From Eledone cirrhosa (taxonomy: Eukaryota), in NCBI GenBank assembly GCA_964016885.1, contig OZ024740.1, forward strand, positions 361,150,001 to 361,214,000: a stretch of 64,000 nucleotides of DNA, given 5' to 3'. Within the stretch, counting starts at the first letter, position 1, and the number at the start of each line of letters is the position of its first letter. A model generated the notes under the pieces. That model was not told the origin of the DNA. It was given only the letters and a program-made list of their open reading frames with translations, and ran no database searches. This document shows positions 17,683 to 33,140 of this stretch, piece after piece. Made by a program: the position numbers and the translations under genes.

Positions 17683-18090
17683 TAATATATATATATATAT
17701 ATTATATATATATATTATATATTATACATATATATATATTATATATATATATATATTATATATATATATATATATTATATATATATATATTATATATATA
17801 TATATGTATATCATATATATATATATATGTATATCATATATATATATATATGTATATCATATTATATATATATATATTTTATATATATATATATGTATAT
17901 CATATATATATATATGTATATCATATATATATATATTATACATATATATATATTATATATATATATATATTATATATATATATATATTATATATATATAT
18001 ATATTATATATATATATGTATATCATATATATATATATATGTATATCATATATATATATATATGTATATCATATATATATATATATATTT

Positions 18091-18121
<31 letters not shown>

Positions 18122-18484
18122 ATATATATGTATATCATATATATATATATATATATCATATATATATATATCATATATATAATATATGTATTATCATATA
18201 TATATATATATATATCATATATATATATATATATCATATAATATATATATATATTATATATATACATATATATATCATATATATATATATATATGATATA
18301 TATATATATATCATATATATATATATCATATATATATATATATATCATATATATATATATATATATATATCATATATTATATATATATCATATATATATA
18401 TATATCATATATATCATATATATATATATAATATATATCATATATATATCATATATATCATATATATATATATATCATATATAT

Positions 18485-18519
<35 letters not shown>

Positions 18520-18631
18520 TCATATATATATCATATATATATCATATATATTATATATATATATATATATCATATATATATATATCATATATATATATAT
18601 CATATATATCATATATATATATATCATATAT

Positions 18632-18668
<37 letters not shown>

Positions 18669-18713
18669 TATATATATATATATATATATATATCATATAT
18701 ATATATCATATAT

Positions 18714-18755
<42 letters not shown>

Positions 18756-18788
18756 ATATCATATATATCATATATATATATATCATAT

Positions 18789-18829
<41 letters not shown>

Positions 18830-19025
18830 TATATATATATATATATATCATATATATATATATATATATATATCATATATATATATATATATATCATATA
18901 TATATATGTATATCATATATATATATATATATCATATATATATATATCATATATCATATATATATATATATATATATATATCATATATATCATATATATC
19001 ATATATATATATATATATATCATAT

Positions 19026-19056
<31 letters not shown>

Positions 19057-19075
19057 CATATATATATATATATAT

Positions 19076-19106
<31 letters not shown>

Positions 19107-19583
19107 CATATATATATATATATATATCATATATATATATATATATATCATATATATGTATATCATATATATGTATATCATATATATATATATATATATA
19201 TCATATATATGTATATCATATATATATATATATATATCATATATATGTATATCATATATATGTATATCATATATATATATATATATATATATATCATATA
19301 TATGTATATCATATATATATATATATATATATATCATATATATGTATATCATATATATATATATATGTATATCATATATAAATATCATATATATATATCA
19401 TATATATATATTATATATATTATATATATATATATATATCATATATATATTATATATTATATATATATATTATATATATATATATATCATATATATATAT
19501 CATATATATATATATATATATAATATATATATATATCATATATCATATATATATTTATATATATATATATATATATATCATAT

Positions 19584-19614
<31 letters not shown>

Positions 19615-20132
19615 CAATATATATATATCATATTATATATATATTTATATATGTCATATATATATATATATATATATATCATATATATATATATCATATA
19701 TATATATAAATATAGTATCATATATATATATATATATATCATATATATATATATATATATCATATATATCATATATATATCATATATATCATATATATAT
19801 ATATATATATATCATATATATCATATATATATATATATATATCATATATATATATATATATCATATATATCATATATATATATCATATATATCATATATA
19901 TATATATATCATATATATATATATATATATATCATATATATATATATATATATATATATCATATATATATATATATATATATATATCATATATATATATA
20001 TATATCATATATATATATATATATATCATATATATATATCATATATATATATCATATATATATATATATATATATATCATATATATATATATATCATATA
20101 TATATATATATATATATATCATATATATATAT

Positions 20133-20221
<89 letters not shown>

Positions 20222-20234
20222 ATATATATATATG

Positions 20235-20283
<49 letters not shown>

Positions 20284-20311
20284 ATTTATATATATATATA
20301 TATATATATAT

Positions 20312-20342
<31 letters not shown>

Positions 20343-20353
20343 CATATATATAT

Positions 20354-20514
<161 letters not shown>

Positions 20515-20525
20515 TATATATATAT

Positions 20526-20560
<35 letters not shown>

Positions 20561-20570
20561 TATATATATA

Positions 20571-20605
<35 letters not shown>

Positions 20606-20615
20606 TATATATATA

Positions 20616-20728
<113 letters not shown>

Positions 20729-20941
20729 TATATATATATATCATATATATATATATATCATATATATATATATCATATATATATATATATCATATATATA
20801 TATATATATATATCATATATATATATATATCATATATATATATATATATATATCATATATATATATATATATATATCATATATATATATATATATATATA
20901 TCATATATATATATATATCATATATATATATATATCATATA

Positions 20942-20975
<34 letters not shown>

Positions 20976-21021
20976 CATATATATATATATATATATATAT
21001 ATCATATATATATATATATAT

Positions 21022-21056
<35 letters not shown>

Positions 21057-21079
21057 TATATATATATATATATATATAT

Positions 21080-21215
<136 letters not shown>

Positions 21216-21216
21216 A

Positions 21217-21315
<99 letters not shown>

Positions 21316-21349
21316 TATATATATCATATATATATATATATATATATAT

Positions 21350-21380
<31 letters not shown>

Positions 21381-21467
21381 CATATATATATATTATATAT
21401 ATATATATATCATATAAAGTATTAAACAAATAATGAACAAACAATTCCTTATATTAAACAAAAAAAG

Positions 21468-21621
21468 TTCACCATTTAACGATCGTTCTAGGGTATATAT
21501 GTGTTATAATTGGTATGCATATTCAACAGATCTATGTACAAAATTATACAAAATTATACAAATTATCAAGATTAAATATACATACCTAACACATATATAC
21601 GCCGTCTTCAGAAATAATGAA
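21468..21621 (-). ncRNA. Degenerate type I hammerhead ribozyme with long stem II, inside a TA-flanked island (about 21415-21921)
   Basis: Minus strand: stem I ttcattattt/aaatggtgaa (10 bp incl. 2 GU), CTGAAGA, stem II gtatatatgtgtta/taacacatatatac plus ggtatgtatatt/aatatgcatacc, AGAA instead of GAAA, palindromic CGATCG, TT. Confidence 0.6.
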
Positions 21622-22202
21622 GTATATTTATTGATAATAACAACAATTCAAAATATCAGTTCAAAATTGACCAATGAAAACACAAAGGGTTAAAAGCAGT
21701 TTGGTGTGTGTATATACATGTAAAATCCTTACACATATTTTACAATAATGTGTGTATAATTTGTATGTGCATACTAAAAAGATGGATGCAAACACAAAAT
21801 TTCAAGGTTAATATCAAGGTTAATATCTCTGTAAGCTTAATATCTTTCCATGATATCCGGAATACATTGAGTTCTTCATACGGATTGGACACTACCGTAA
21901 ACTCTTGGTAGATTTATCTACATATATATCATATATATATATTATATATATATATATATCATATATATATATATATATCATATATATCATATATATGATA
22001 TATATATATATATATCATATATATCATATATATATATATATATCATATATATATATATATATCATATATATCATATATATATATATATCATATATATCAT
22101 ATATATATATATATATCATATATATATATATATATATCATATATATATATATATATATATCATATATATATATATATATATATATCATATATATATATAT
22201 AT

Positions 22203-22272
<70 letters not shown>

Positions 22273-22322
22273 CATATATATATATATATATATATATATC
22301 ATATATATATATATATATATAT

Positions 22323-22365
<43 letters not shown>

Positions 22366-22390
22366 TATATATATATATATATATATATCA

Positions 22391-22517
<127 letters not shown>

Positions 22518-22542
22518 TATATATATATATATATATATATCA

Positions 22543-22759
<217 letters not shown>

Positions 22760-23487
22760 TATATATATATCATATATATATATATATATCATATATATAT
22801 ATCATATATATATATATATATATCATATATATATATATATATATATCATATATATATATATATATATATATATCATATATATATATATATATATCATATA
22901 TATATATATATATATCATATATATATATATATATATATATCATATATATATATATATAACATATATATATATATATATCATATATATATATATATATCAT
23001 ATATATATATATATATACCATATATATATATATATCATATATATATATCATATATATATATCATATATTATATATCATATATATATATCATATATATATA
23101 TCATATATATATATATTTCATTATATCATATATATATATCATATATATATATTTCATATATATATCATATATATATATCATATATATATATCATATATAT
23201 ATATCATATATATATATTATATATATATATCATATATATATATATCATATATATATCATATATATATATCATATATATATCATATATATATATCATATAT
23301 ATTATTATATATATATATCATATATATATATATCATATATATATATCATATATATATATATCATATATATATATCATATATATATATCATATATATATAT
23401 CATATATATATATCATATATATATATCATATATATATATCATATATATATATCATATATATATATATCATATATATATATCATATAT

Positions 23488-23889
23488 CTCTCTAAGGCGG
23501 GTAAAATTCCCGAGATCCATGGACGAGTTCTCTACAGCGGTCTCTGTCCCTCATTATCGCTGCATATCCTGCATCTCCAACAGACCAGTGTCTGTCCTTA
23601 GGGCATCAACATATGTCAACCTTGGTCTTCCTCTTCTAGTGTGTCCATGTAGGGGCTCCCAAAGAGTCTGCTGCTGTATGGGTCTGAAACTTGGACACTG
23701 ACCAAGAGAGTCACTCAGATGGTGGATGGGTGCTACACGAGATGCTGAGGATGGCTCTGAACATTAATCAGTATACACTGAGGATGAAAAACTCAGAGCT
23801 GTATGGGAGCATCCCAAAAGTCAGCTCAAAAGTGACACAGAGGAGACTGAGGTTGGCTGGACATGCTCACCGACATCCAGAGTTGACAT
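23488..23889 (-). mobile_element. RTE-superfamily LINE (family C) 3' end with internal inversion at about 23664
   Basis: Minus 23488-23664 carries LWEPLHG... to the stop and a short (AG)n; plus 23664-23889 carries LLYGSETW...RRLRLAGHAHRHPELT (with small frameshifts); TA on both sides. Confidence 0.9.
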
Positions 23890-24024
23890 ATCATATATAT
23901 ATATATATATATCATATATATATATATATATATCATATATATATATATATATATCATATATATATATATATATATATCATATATATATATATATATATAT
24001 CATATTATATATATATATATATAT

Positions 24025-24055
<31 letters not shown>

Positions 24056-24080
24056 CATATATATATATATATATATATAT

Positions 24081-24111
<31 letters not shown>

Positions 24112-24227
24112 CATATATATATATATCATATATATATATATATATATATACATATCATATATATATATATATATCATATATATATATATATATCATATAT
24201 ATATATATTATATATATATATATATAT

Positions 24228-24258
<31 letters not shown>

Positions 24259-24266
24259 CATATATA

Positions 24267-24448
<182 letters not shown>

Positions 24449-24470
24449 TATATATATATATATATATCAT

Positions 24471-24585
<115 letters not shown>

Positions 24586-24604
24586 TATATATATATATAT
24601 ATAT

Positions 24605-24675
<71 letters not shown>

Positions 24676-24842
24676 TATATATATATATATATATATATCA
24701 TATATATATATATATATATATCATATATATATATATATATATATATCATATATATATATATATATATATATCATATATATATATATATATATATATCATA
24801 TATATATATATATATATATATATCATATATATATATATATAT

Positions 24843-24873
<31 letters not shown>

Positions 24874-24936
24874 CATATATATATATATATATATATATCA
24901 TATATATATATCATATATATATATATATATATATAT

Positions 24937-24967
<31 letters not shown>

Positions 24968-25337
24968 CATATATATATATATATATATCATATATATATA
25001 TCATATATATATATATATATATATATCATATATATATATATTATATATATATATATCATATATATATATATATATATATATATCATATATATATATATCA
25101 TATATATATATATCATATATATATATATCATATATATATATATATCATATATATATATATCATATATATATATATCATATATATATATATATCATATATA
25201 TATATATCATATATATATATATTATATATATATATATTATATATATATATATCATATATATATATTATATATATATATATTATATATATATATATCATAT
25301 ATATATATATTATATATATATATATCATATATAATAT

Positions 25338-25368
<31 letters not shown>

Positions 25369-25614
25369 CATATATATATTATATATATATATATATATCA
25401 TATATATCATATATATATTATATATATATATATATATCATATATATATATATATATATCATATATATATATATATATCATATATATCATATATATATATA
25501 TATATCATATATATCATATATATATCATATATATCATATATATATATATATATCATATATATATATATATATATATCATATATATATATATATATCATAT
25601 ATATATATATATAT

Positions 25615-25826
<212 letters not shown>

Positions 25827-25935
25827 TATATATATATCATATATATATATATATATATCATATATATATATCATATATATATATATATATCATATATATA
25901 TATCATATATATATATATATATATCATATATATAT

Positions 25936-26003
<68 letters not shown>

Positions 26004-26131
26004 CATATATATATATATCATATATATATATCATATATATATATATATGTATCATATATATATATATATATATCATATATATATATCATATATATATATA
26101 TACATATATATATATATCATATATATATATC

Positions 26132-26162
<31 letters not shown>

Positions 26163-26684
26163 CCATATATATATATATATATATATCATATATATATATA
26201 CCATATATATATATATATATATATACCATATATATATATATATATATATCATATATATATATACCATATATATATATATATATATACCATATATATATAT
26301 GGTATATATATATATATATATATATATGGTATATATATATATATATATATGGTATATATATATATATATATGGTATATATATATATATGGTATATATATA
26401 TATGTATATGATATATATATATATATGTATATGGTATATATATATATAATATATGGTATATATATATATATATATGGTATATATATATATATATGGTATA
26501 TATATATATATATGGTATATATATATATGTATATGATATATATATATGATATATGTATATATATATATATATGTATATGATATATATATATATGTATATG
26601 ATATATATATATATATGTATATGATATATATATATATGTATATGATATATATATATATATGTATATGATATATATATATATATG

Positions 26685-26722
<38 letters not shown>

Positions 26723-26850
26723 TATATATATATATATGTATATGATATATATATATATATATGTATATGATATATATATATATATGTATATGATATATAT
26801 ATATATGTATATGTATATTATATATATGATATATATGTATATGATATATC

Positions 26851-26904
26851 TGTTAGAACACGAAAAGTGTGAACAACAGAATGTTCACTTTTCGTGTTCT
26901 AACA
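26851..26904. repeat. Inverted repeat (about 23-bp arms)
   Basis: tgttagaacacgaaaagtg(tg)aaca ... tgttcacttttcgtgttctaaca. Confidence 0.85.
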
Positions 26905-26978
26905 TATATGCCTAACATCTTCATAAATTTTTCGGGGATAGCCGTGGTGGTGGTGATCGTATGTCATTGGCTAATTTT

Positions 26979-26998
26979 CAACCAATCAGAGTAAGTGT

Positions 26999-27040
<42 letters not shown>

Positions 27041-27062
27041 CAACACTTACTCTGATTGGTTG
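26979..27062. repeat. Inverted repeat centred on a (TA)n run
   Basis: caaccaatcagagtaagtgttg-(AT)n-caacacttactctgattggttg. Confidence 0.9.
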
Positions 27063-27091
27063 TGGTTACCTCCGATTCAACCCGGAATAAC

Positions 27092-27120
<29 letters not shown>

Positions 27121-27123
<3 letters not shown>

Positions 27124-27440
27124 TATTCCCCCTCTCTCTATATATATCTTACGCTTTCGCTTTACACTCCTCCCCTTCAATAACACATTTCCCCCTCTCT
27201 ATATATCTCTTCCACTGTTACTTACGCCTGTTTCTCTCTATCTGTTCCGTCTCCATATATATATCTCTCTTACTCTTTCGCTTTGCACTCCTCCCCTTCA
27301 ATACCATCTCTCCCCCTCTTTATATATTTGTTACTCTATCGCTGCACGCTCCTCTCCTTCAATATATCAATTACACACGCTTTACACTCCTTTATCCCCA
27401 GCGCCCCTATATATACACCCCCCTCCCGCATCTATATTTT
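27121..27440. repeat. Degenerate pyrimidine-rich tandem repeat
   Basis: Recurrent ctttcgcttt(a/g)cactcctccccttcaata...cccctct...tatata units. Confidence 0.6.
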
Positions 27441-27639
27441 AATGTTCCGTTGCACCGTGAATATATGTGTCTATATATATATACATATATATTGTATATA
27501 CACATTCATGTATGTGTATACACACTCATGTATGTATATACACTGGTTTTATGTGTGTATTGTAAATTTGTACTGTTAAAACACGAAACTAACATTCGAT
27601 TGACACTTTGATTACCTGTACAGGCAATAGTTATTAGAA

Positions 27640-27681
27640 TGCTGTTGAAGTGTGTATATATTTTTGGGGGACATCCTGTAT
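27640..27681 (-). mobile_element. Tc1/mariner-like terminal inverted repeat remnant
   Basis: Minus strand TA-CAGGATGTCCCCCAAAAATATATACACACTT resembles Tc1/mariner TIRs; partner end not found. Confidence 0.4.
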
Positions 27682-28449
27682 ATACACACATTATATATAA
27701 TACAATAAACAGATAAATACACACATATATATATGAGCTTATTTAATTATAAATATTGTGAATTTTTAACTCAGTTCAATTATATATATATAAATGGCTT
27801 CTACAGGACTAGAACTGTTTCATTCGAAAGAAATCATCATAATATTGAGAGGGGAGACTAGATAAAATATTTCAAATCAAATGTGTATAAGTTATAAGTT
27901 AAAATGTATAAATAGAGACGATAGTGGAGGTATATCTGTTTAGTGGAACAGTAGACGATAGAATTAAATACAGACGAGAATCTCCCTTTAATGAAACAGC
28001 AGACGATAGAATTAAGGCAATTTAAATTTTAAGCATTTGCATTTCATCGTTACGGGGTCGATAAAATAAAGTACCAGTAATACACTGTCACTATAAGTAG
28101 ACGACTTTCAAATTGAACTGTTGGTTCCATTTCTTTAGTATTTTCAATTGTAGTTATCTACTTAAAAAGCGTTACACGGTTAGAGACATAATTGGTAAGT
28201 TATAACTTCCCTATTAAACCATTGCATTATTTCGCCTACAATATAACAAAAATGAAATGTTCTTTAAAGAAACAGGAATATAACTTTATAAAAAAAAAAG
28301 TTGCATCCGCTTCTTTTATCATTGATAATTTTTTCGTTTTAATATTAATTGTTTTTTGTAGTTGTTTATATTAAAAATCTTACTGTAATATTTACTTAAA
28401 CGAAGGCAGACATCTAAACTTATAGATTAATCTTGAGCGAAGGACTAGA

Positions 28450-28742
<293 letters not shown>

Positions 28743-28830
28743 TGAATTTCTCCTAAGTATTCAATACTCTGTTGAGAAATACATTTTACATAAACAGTCT
28801 TTGTACCATTTATACGGTATTAATTACTTA

Positions 28831-28867
<37 letters not shown>

Positions 28868-28944
28868 CGTATGATTAGAACTGTGTTTATTATTAATATT
28901 TTAATGGATTTAATGAAAAATTTTAGGTGTTCATATATATATTC

Positions 28945-29007
28945 TAAAACTGCGCGAAATCGTGAATCCGCGATAGTTGAACCGCCAAGTAGCGAGGTAT
29001 CACTGTA
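28945..29007 (+). mobile_element. pogo/Tigger-like MITE terminal remnant
   Basis: ccgcgatagttgaaccgccaagtagcgaggtatcactg followed by TA. Confidence 0.5.
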
Positions 29008-29525
29008 TATATGTTTAAATATATAGTGTAGCTGTGATGTATCTCGCGAGTGAATCGAGACCTGTCACTGATTTTGGTGTCCCCACTGCCGATGTGAATG
29101 AGCAACGCTGCACTTGTGAATTGGGTCTTGATGTTGCAGGCAGTTCATATACTTACAATGATGCGGTCCCACAAGCTTGTTCACATTCCTGTGCTAATAA
29201 TCTAGATGGGCGTATTAAATTGGATGTGAAAGCAGCTTACCGGATGCGGAATCGGGAGAAGTTGAGACAAAAACAGGCCGATTATAGAGCTGTGAATTTT
29301 GCTAAATTAACACAAAAACAGGCCAAGTATAGATGTTCAAAACGGTATGAGTTGGCAAACAAGCAGGCCAAGTATAGATCTGCAAATTCAGCTATTATAT
29401 CTCAAAAGCAAGCCGAGCGTAGAGCTTCTAAACGTACCGAGTTGGCTAAAGAGCAGACCAAGTACAGATCTGCAAATATCTTATTGCACAAACAATAATT
29501 CTGCACAAATGTTGCTCCATTATTT

Positions 29526-29706
29526 TGGCAGTTTTGGTAGAGGGTCGGATGCCATGCTTTCCAGCATAGTTACGTCCCTTTACGATCTGAGTTCAAATCC
29601 TGCCGAGGTTGACTTTGCCTTTCATCCTTACGGGGTAGATAAAATAAAGTACCAGTAATGCACTGGGTAATTGCTGGCCTTGTGCCTAAAGTAGAAACAA
29701 TTATTA
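29526..29706 (+). mobile_element. tRNA-derived SINE with Meta/MESC-like central domain
   Basis: A-box tggcagttttgg, B-box gagttcaaatcc, core gactttgcctttcatccttacggggtagataaaataaagtaccag; homologous to 44023-44209 and 53218-53404. Confidence 0.85.
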
Positions 29707-29889
29707 GATCTAATGTTGCAACGATACAGTTAAATGTTGTCTGTGTATTTTAAAAAAGATTTGCTTATAATCTTTTCAAATTTCATTACGCCAATGATTC
29801 AAGCTCAAATTGACATTATCTAAAAAATTGTACAAACAGCGGTGGATTAGCAGTAGTGAACAGATAAATCAGTCAATTTATTAAGATTG

Positions 29890-30547
29890 ACTTGGCATCA
29901 ATCAGCAAGACCTTCATTAGCTACTCTCCAGCCATCTATTTAAAGCTGTATACATCTATGGTACGAATACACTTGGAGTTCGCGTCATCAGTCTGGAACC
30001 CCTATCTTGCTCAGAACATTGACCTCCTGGAAACTGTTCAGAGACATGCAACCAAGCGCATACCCTCCATCAGACACCTACCATACCCTGAATATTTTGC
30101 TTCCCTCTGGCAATGGACTTGGTAAACACCCACAAAGTTATTAACCATCCGACCAACAACAACCCCGAACACCTTTTTGATCTACATGTGTCTAACACGT
30201 GGACATGCCTACAAAGTCAGAAAACAACACAGCTCCCATGACTTTAGGAAATATTTCTTCATGCTCAGAGTTGCTGAAGGATGGAACAAACTTCCTGCAT
30301 CAGTTGTTAGCTGATGACACACTGCATCCTTTAAAACCATCATACATTCCGAAATACACCAAAACTACACCTGATGTCCCCCTTCCATACACATGCACAT
30401 ATGTGTATATCATGACTCATGCACTGTTCTTTTTTCCTGATGTTTTTATATTACCCTATGTATTATATATGCACTTTTGATGAGTTGTAGTGCACCTCAG
30501 CATTGTACACAATATTTTCATTATTATTATTATCATTATTATTATTA
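29890..30547 (+). mobile_element. CR1/L2-like LINE 3' fragment with (ATT)n tail
   Basis: LKLYTSMVRIHLEFASSVWNPY...IDLLETVQRHATKRIP...LPYPE is the CR1-group post-RT region; frameshifted; tail attattatt at 30520-30547. Confidence 0.85.
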
Positions 30548-31014
30548 CACTCATTGATCCATTTTGCACTAACTCTGCATCAAGCACCCTCACCTAAATA
30601 TTAACCAATCAAGGATCCAATACAGCTATCTGTTGGATGAGTATTGTATAGTGCCAAAAACGAAACCAATCAGTTTAGCAGAAAGTTTCCAGACAAGAAA
30701 CACGCATATTTTGCTATCCTCAAACACGTTTACACATGGCATGAAATATAACTAATCCGAGATGGCTAGGTTTCATCTTCTAACTGGATATACGAAATCC
30801 ATTATGTCTTGACAACAACATGAGGTAACATTATGTTATTCACAGACACACTTTGTACACTGTTCCATATCAGAATGTATTTCCTTCGTCACATTCACAA
30901 ACAGTATTGAAAATATGTTCTTCGGCAAATAAAAATGTTTTGTTCATAATATTTCAACTAGCGATTGCTCTACTCCACGCACGACCACCATAAATTAATG
31001 ACCAGCTCAACACA

Positions 31015-31187
31015 AGTATTGGTAGAGCGTCAGACACCATGCTTTGCAGTATTGTTATGGTCCTTTGCATTCTAAGTTCAAATCCTGCCGAGGTTAACTT
31101 CGACTTTCATACTTACTAATTCAATAAAATAAAGTACCAGTAATGGACTGCCGTAATGGATTTGTGCCGAAAAATAGAAACACTATT
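31015..31187 (+). mobile_element. Diverged copy of the tRNA-derived SINE
   Basis: ggtagagcgtcagacaccatgcttt...gttcaaatcctgccgaggtt...aaataaagtaccagtaatg. Confidence 0.75.
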
Positions 31188-31738
31188 AATGTGCAATAAG
31201 AGCAAAATATAACGACATTGCTCAATTATTTTATCTAATGTTGTAATAACACAAGGAAATGTTGTTTGTGTATTTTTTTTTATATTTGCTCATAGGCTTT
31301 TACAATTTCGCTCAGCCAACAACTATTAAAAAGTGAGTTGCTTAAGATAACAATTTAATCACAAATTGTTGCTATCTTTTAATACACTCCAACAAGTCAT
31401 CATATTATGTACAATAAAAACAAATCTTATTAATTTGCTCAGGGAATATAAAGAAAATGTATATACACTGATAATTGCAATTGTATGTAAATATTTTGTT
31501 TTTGTATTGTTTATTTTATGTTTTCTATTATGTATAATATATTGATTTAATATTGATTGTTTTTTGTAGTTGTTTATATTAAAAGTCTGAAAATATTTTT
31601 ATACATCTTACACTAATATTTATAAGATAATTTATAATAACAATTACATAATCTAATTACATTACAACGATAATTTATTATTAATATATATCCTCTTTAA
31701 CTAGAGTTATTACAAGCGTTGCCTTAAAAAAATATTAA

Positions 31739-32695
31739 ACTAGACATGAAAAATGCGCAAGCTCAAAAGTGCCACAGAATGTTATAATAAACCTTCAAAA
31801 GTGTGGGACTAGAGTTGTTGCTAAAAAATATTGTAATCATTATATATCGTACATTCTGTGGCATCCTTTATAAAAATAGCTTAAACCAACGAAGCCTTTA
31901 TTTTTACGCTATTTCACTTAGTTAATTCTTAGAGTGTAACATATAAAAATAAATACATCTATGTTTAATGTAATAACAGCTATAAATAATTACGTAATAT
32001 TATTATCATATACTCATAGTAACAAAATAATTGTGTTGAAAATTAATATGATGCTTATATGAACGATCAAATCTATAATGATAATTTCTTAAATATACTA
32101 ATAGTAAAATAATTTAGTTATCTATTGTTACATTTTCATAGAACTATAATATTAACAATCGTATTGCATTATCAAATTTTTATCACTACAAACTTTCATA
32201 TTGGAATTACCTTAAGCCACTTATTATTACTTCGCTTTCGTACTTTTACAGCTGTAGATATTGCGCTGTATCTTATATCTAATATCAATATCTCATGGTA
32301 ATTTGCATGCAGTGTAAAATAGGTTTATTAATAACTTTAATATGAAATATATTATACAGGGCTGCGGAGTCGGCCAAAAATTGACTGGCTCCAACTCAGG
32401 ATCCGATATTCCCTTATTTCCTAAATTTCAGCTCCGCAGCTCTGTTATTATATTAATTAATTTATTTTATAGTTGTAAATCATATTTTTATATGTTACAC
32501 TCTAAGAATTAACTAAGTGAAATAGCGTAAAAATAAAGGCTTCGTTGGTTTAAGCTATTTTTATAAAGGATGCCACAGAATGTACGATATATAATGATTA
32601 CAATATTTTTTAGCAACAACTCTAGTCCCACACTTTTGAAGGTTTATTATAACATTCTGTGGCACTTTTGAGCTTGCGCATTTTTCATGTCTAGT
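31739..32695. mobile_element. Foldback/MITE-like element with 213-bp terminal inverted repeats
   Basis: 31739-31951 is the reverse complement of 32483-32695 (no mismatch seen); termini ACTAGACATG...CATGTCTAGT; AT-rich non-coding interior. Confidence 0.85.
32357..32444. mobile_element. 88-bp hAT-like MITE nested in the foldback element
   Basis: TIRs CAGGGCTGCGGAG / CTCCGCAGCTCTG; 8-bp flanks atattata / ttattata (7/8 match). Confidence 0.65.
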
Positions 32696-32811
32696 ATATA
32701 TATGTATATGATATATATATATATGTATATGATATATATATATGTATATGATATATATATATATGTATATGATATATATATGTATATGATATATATATAT
32801 ATATATGTATA

Positions 32812-32846
<35 letters not shown>

Positions 32847-32944
32847 ATATATATATATATATATATATATGATATATATATATATATGTATATGATATAT
32901 ATATATATATATGTATATGATATATATATATATATATATGTATA

Positions 32945-32979
<35 letters not shown>

Positions 32980-33069
32980 ATATATATATATATGTATATG
33001 ATATATATATATATATATATATGATATATATATATATATGTATATGATATATATATATATATGTATATG

Positions 33070-33103
<34 letters not shown>

Positions 33104-33124
33104 GTATATGATATATATATATAT
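32696..33124. repeat. Interrupted (TA)n array
   Basis: Direct reading. Confidence 0.95.
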
Positions 33125-33140
33125 CATCATCATCATCATT

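Noticed and set aside
30311-30317. CTGATGA as a hammerhead core
   Set aside because: Lies in CR1-like coding remnant with no stem II or GAAA partner nearby
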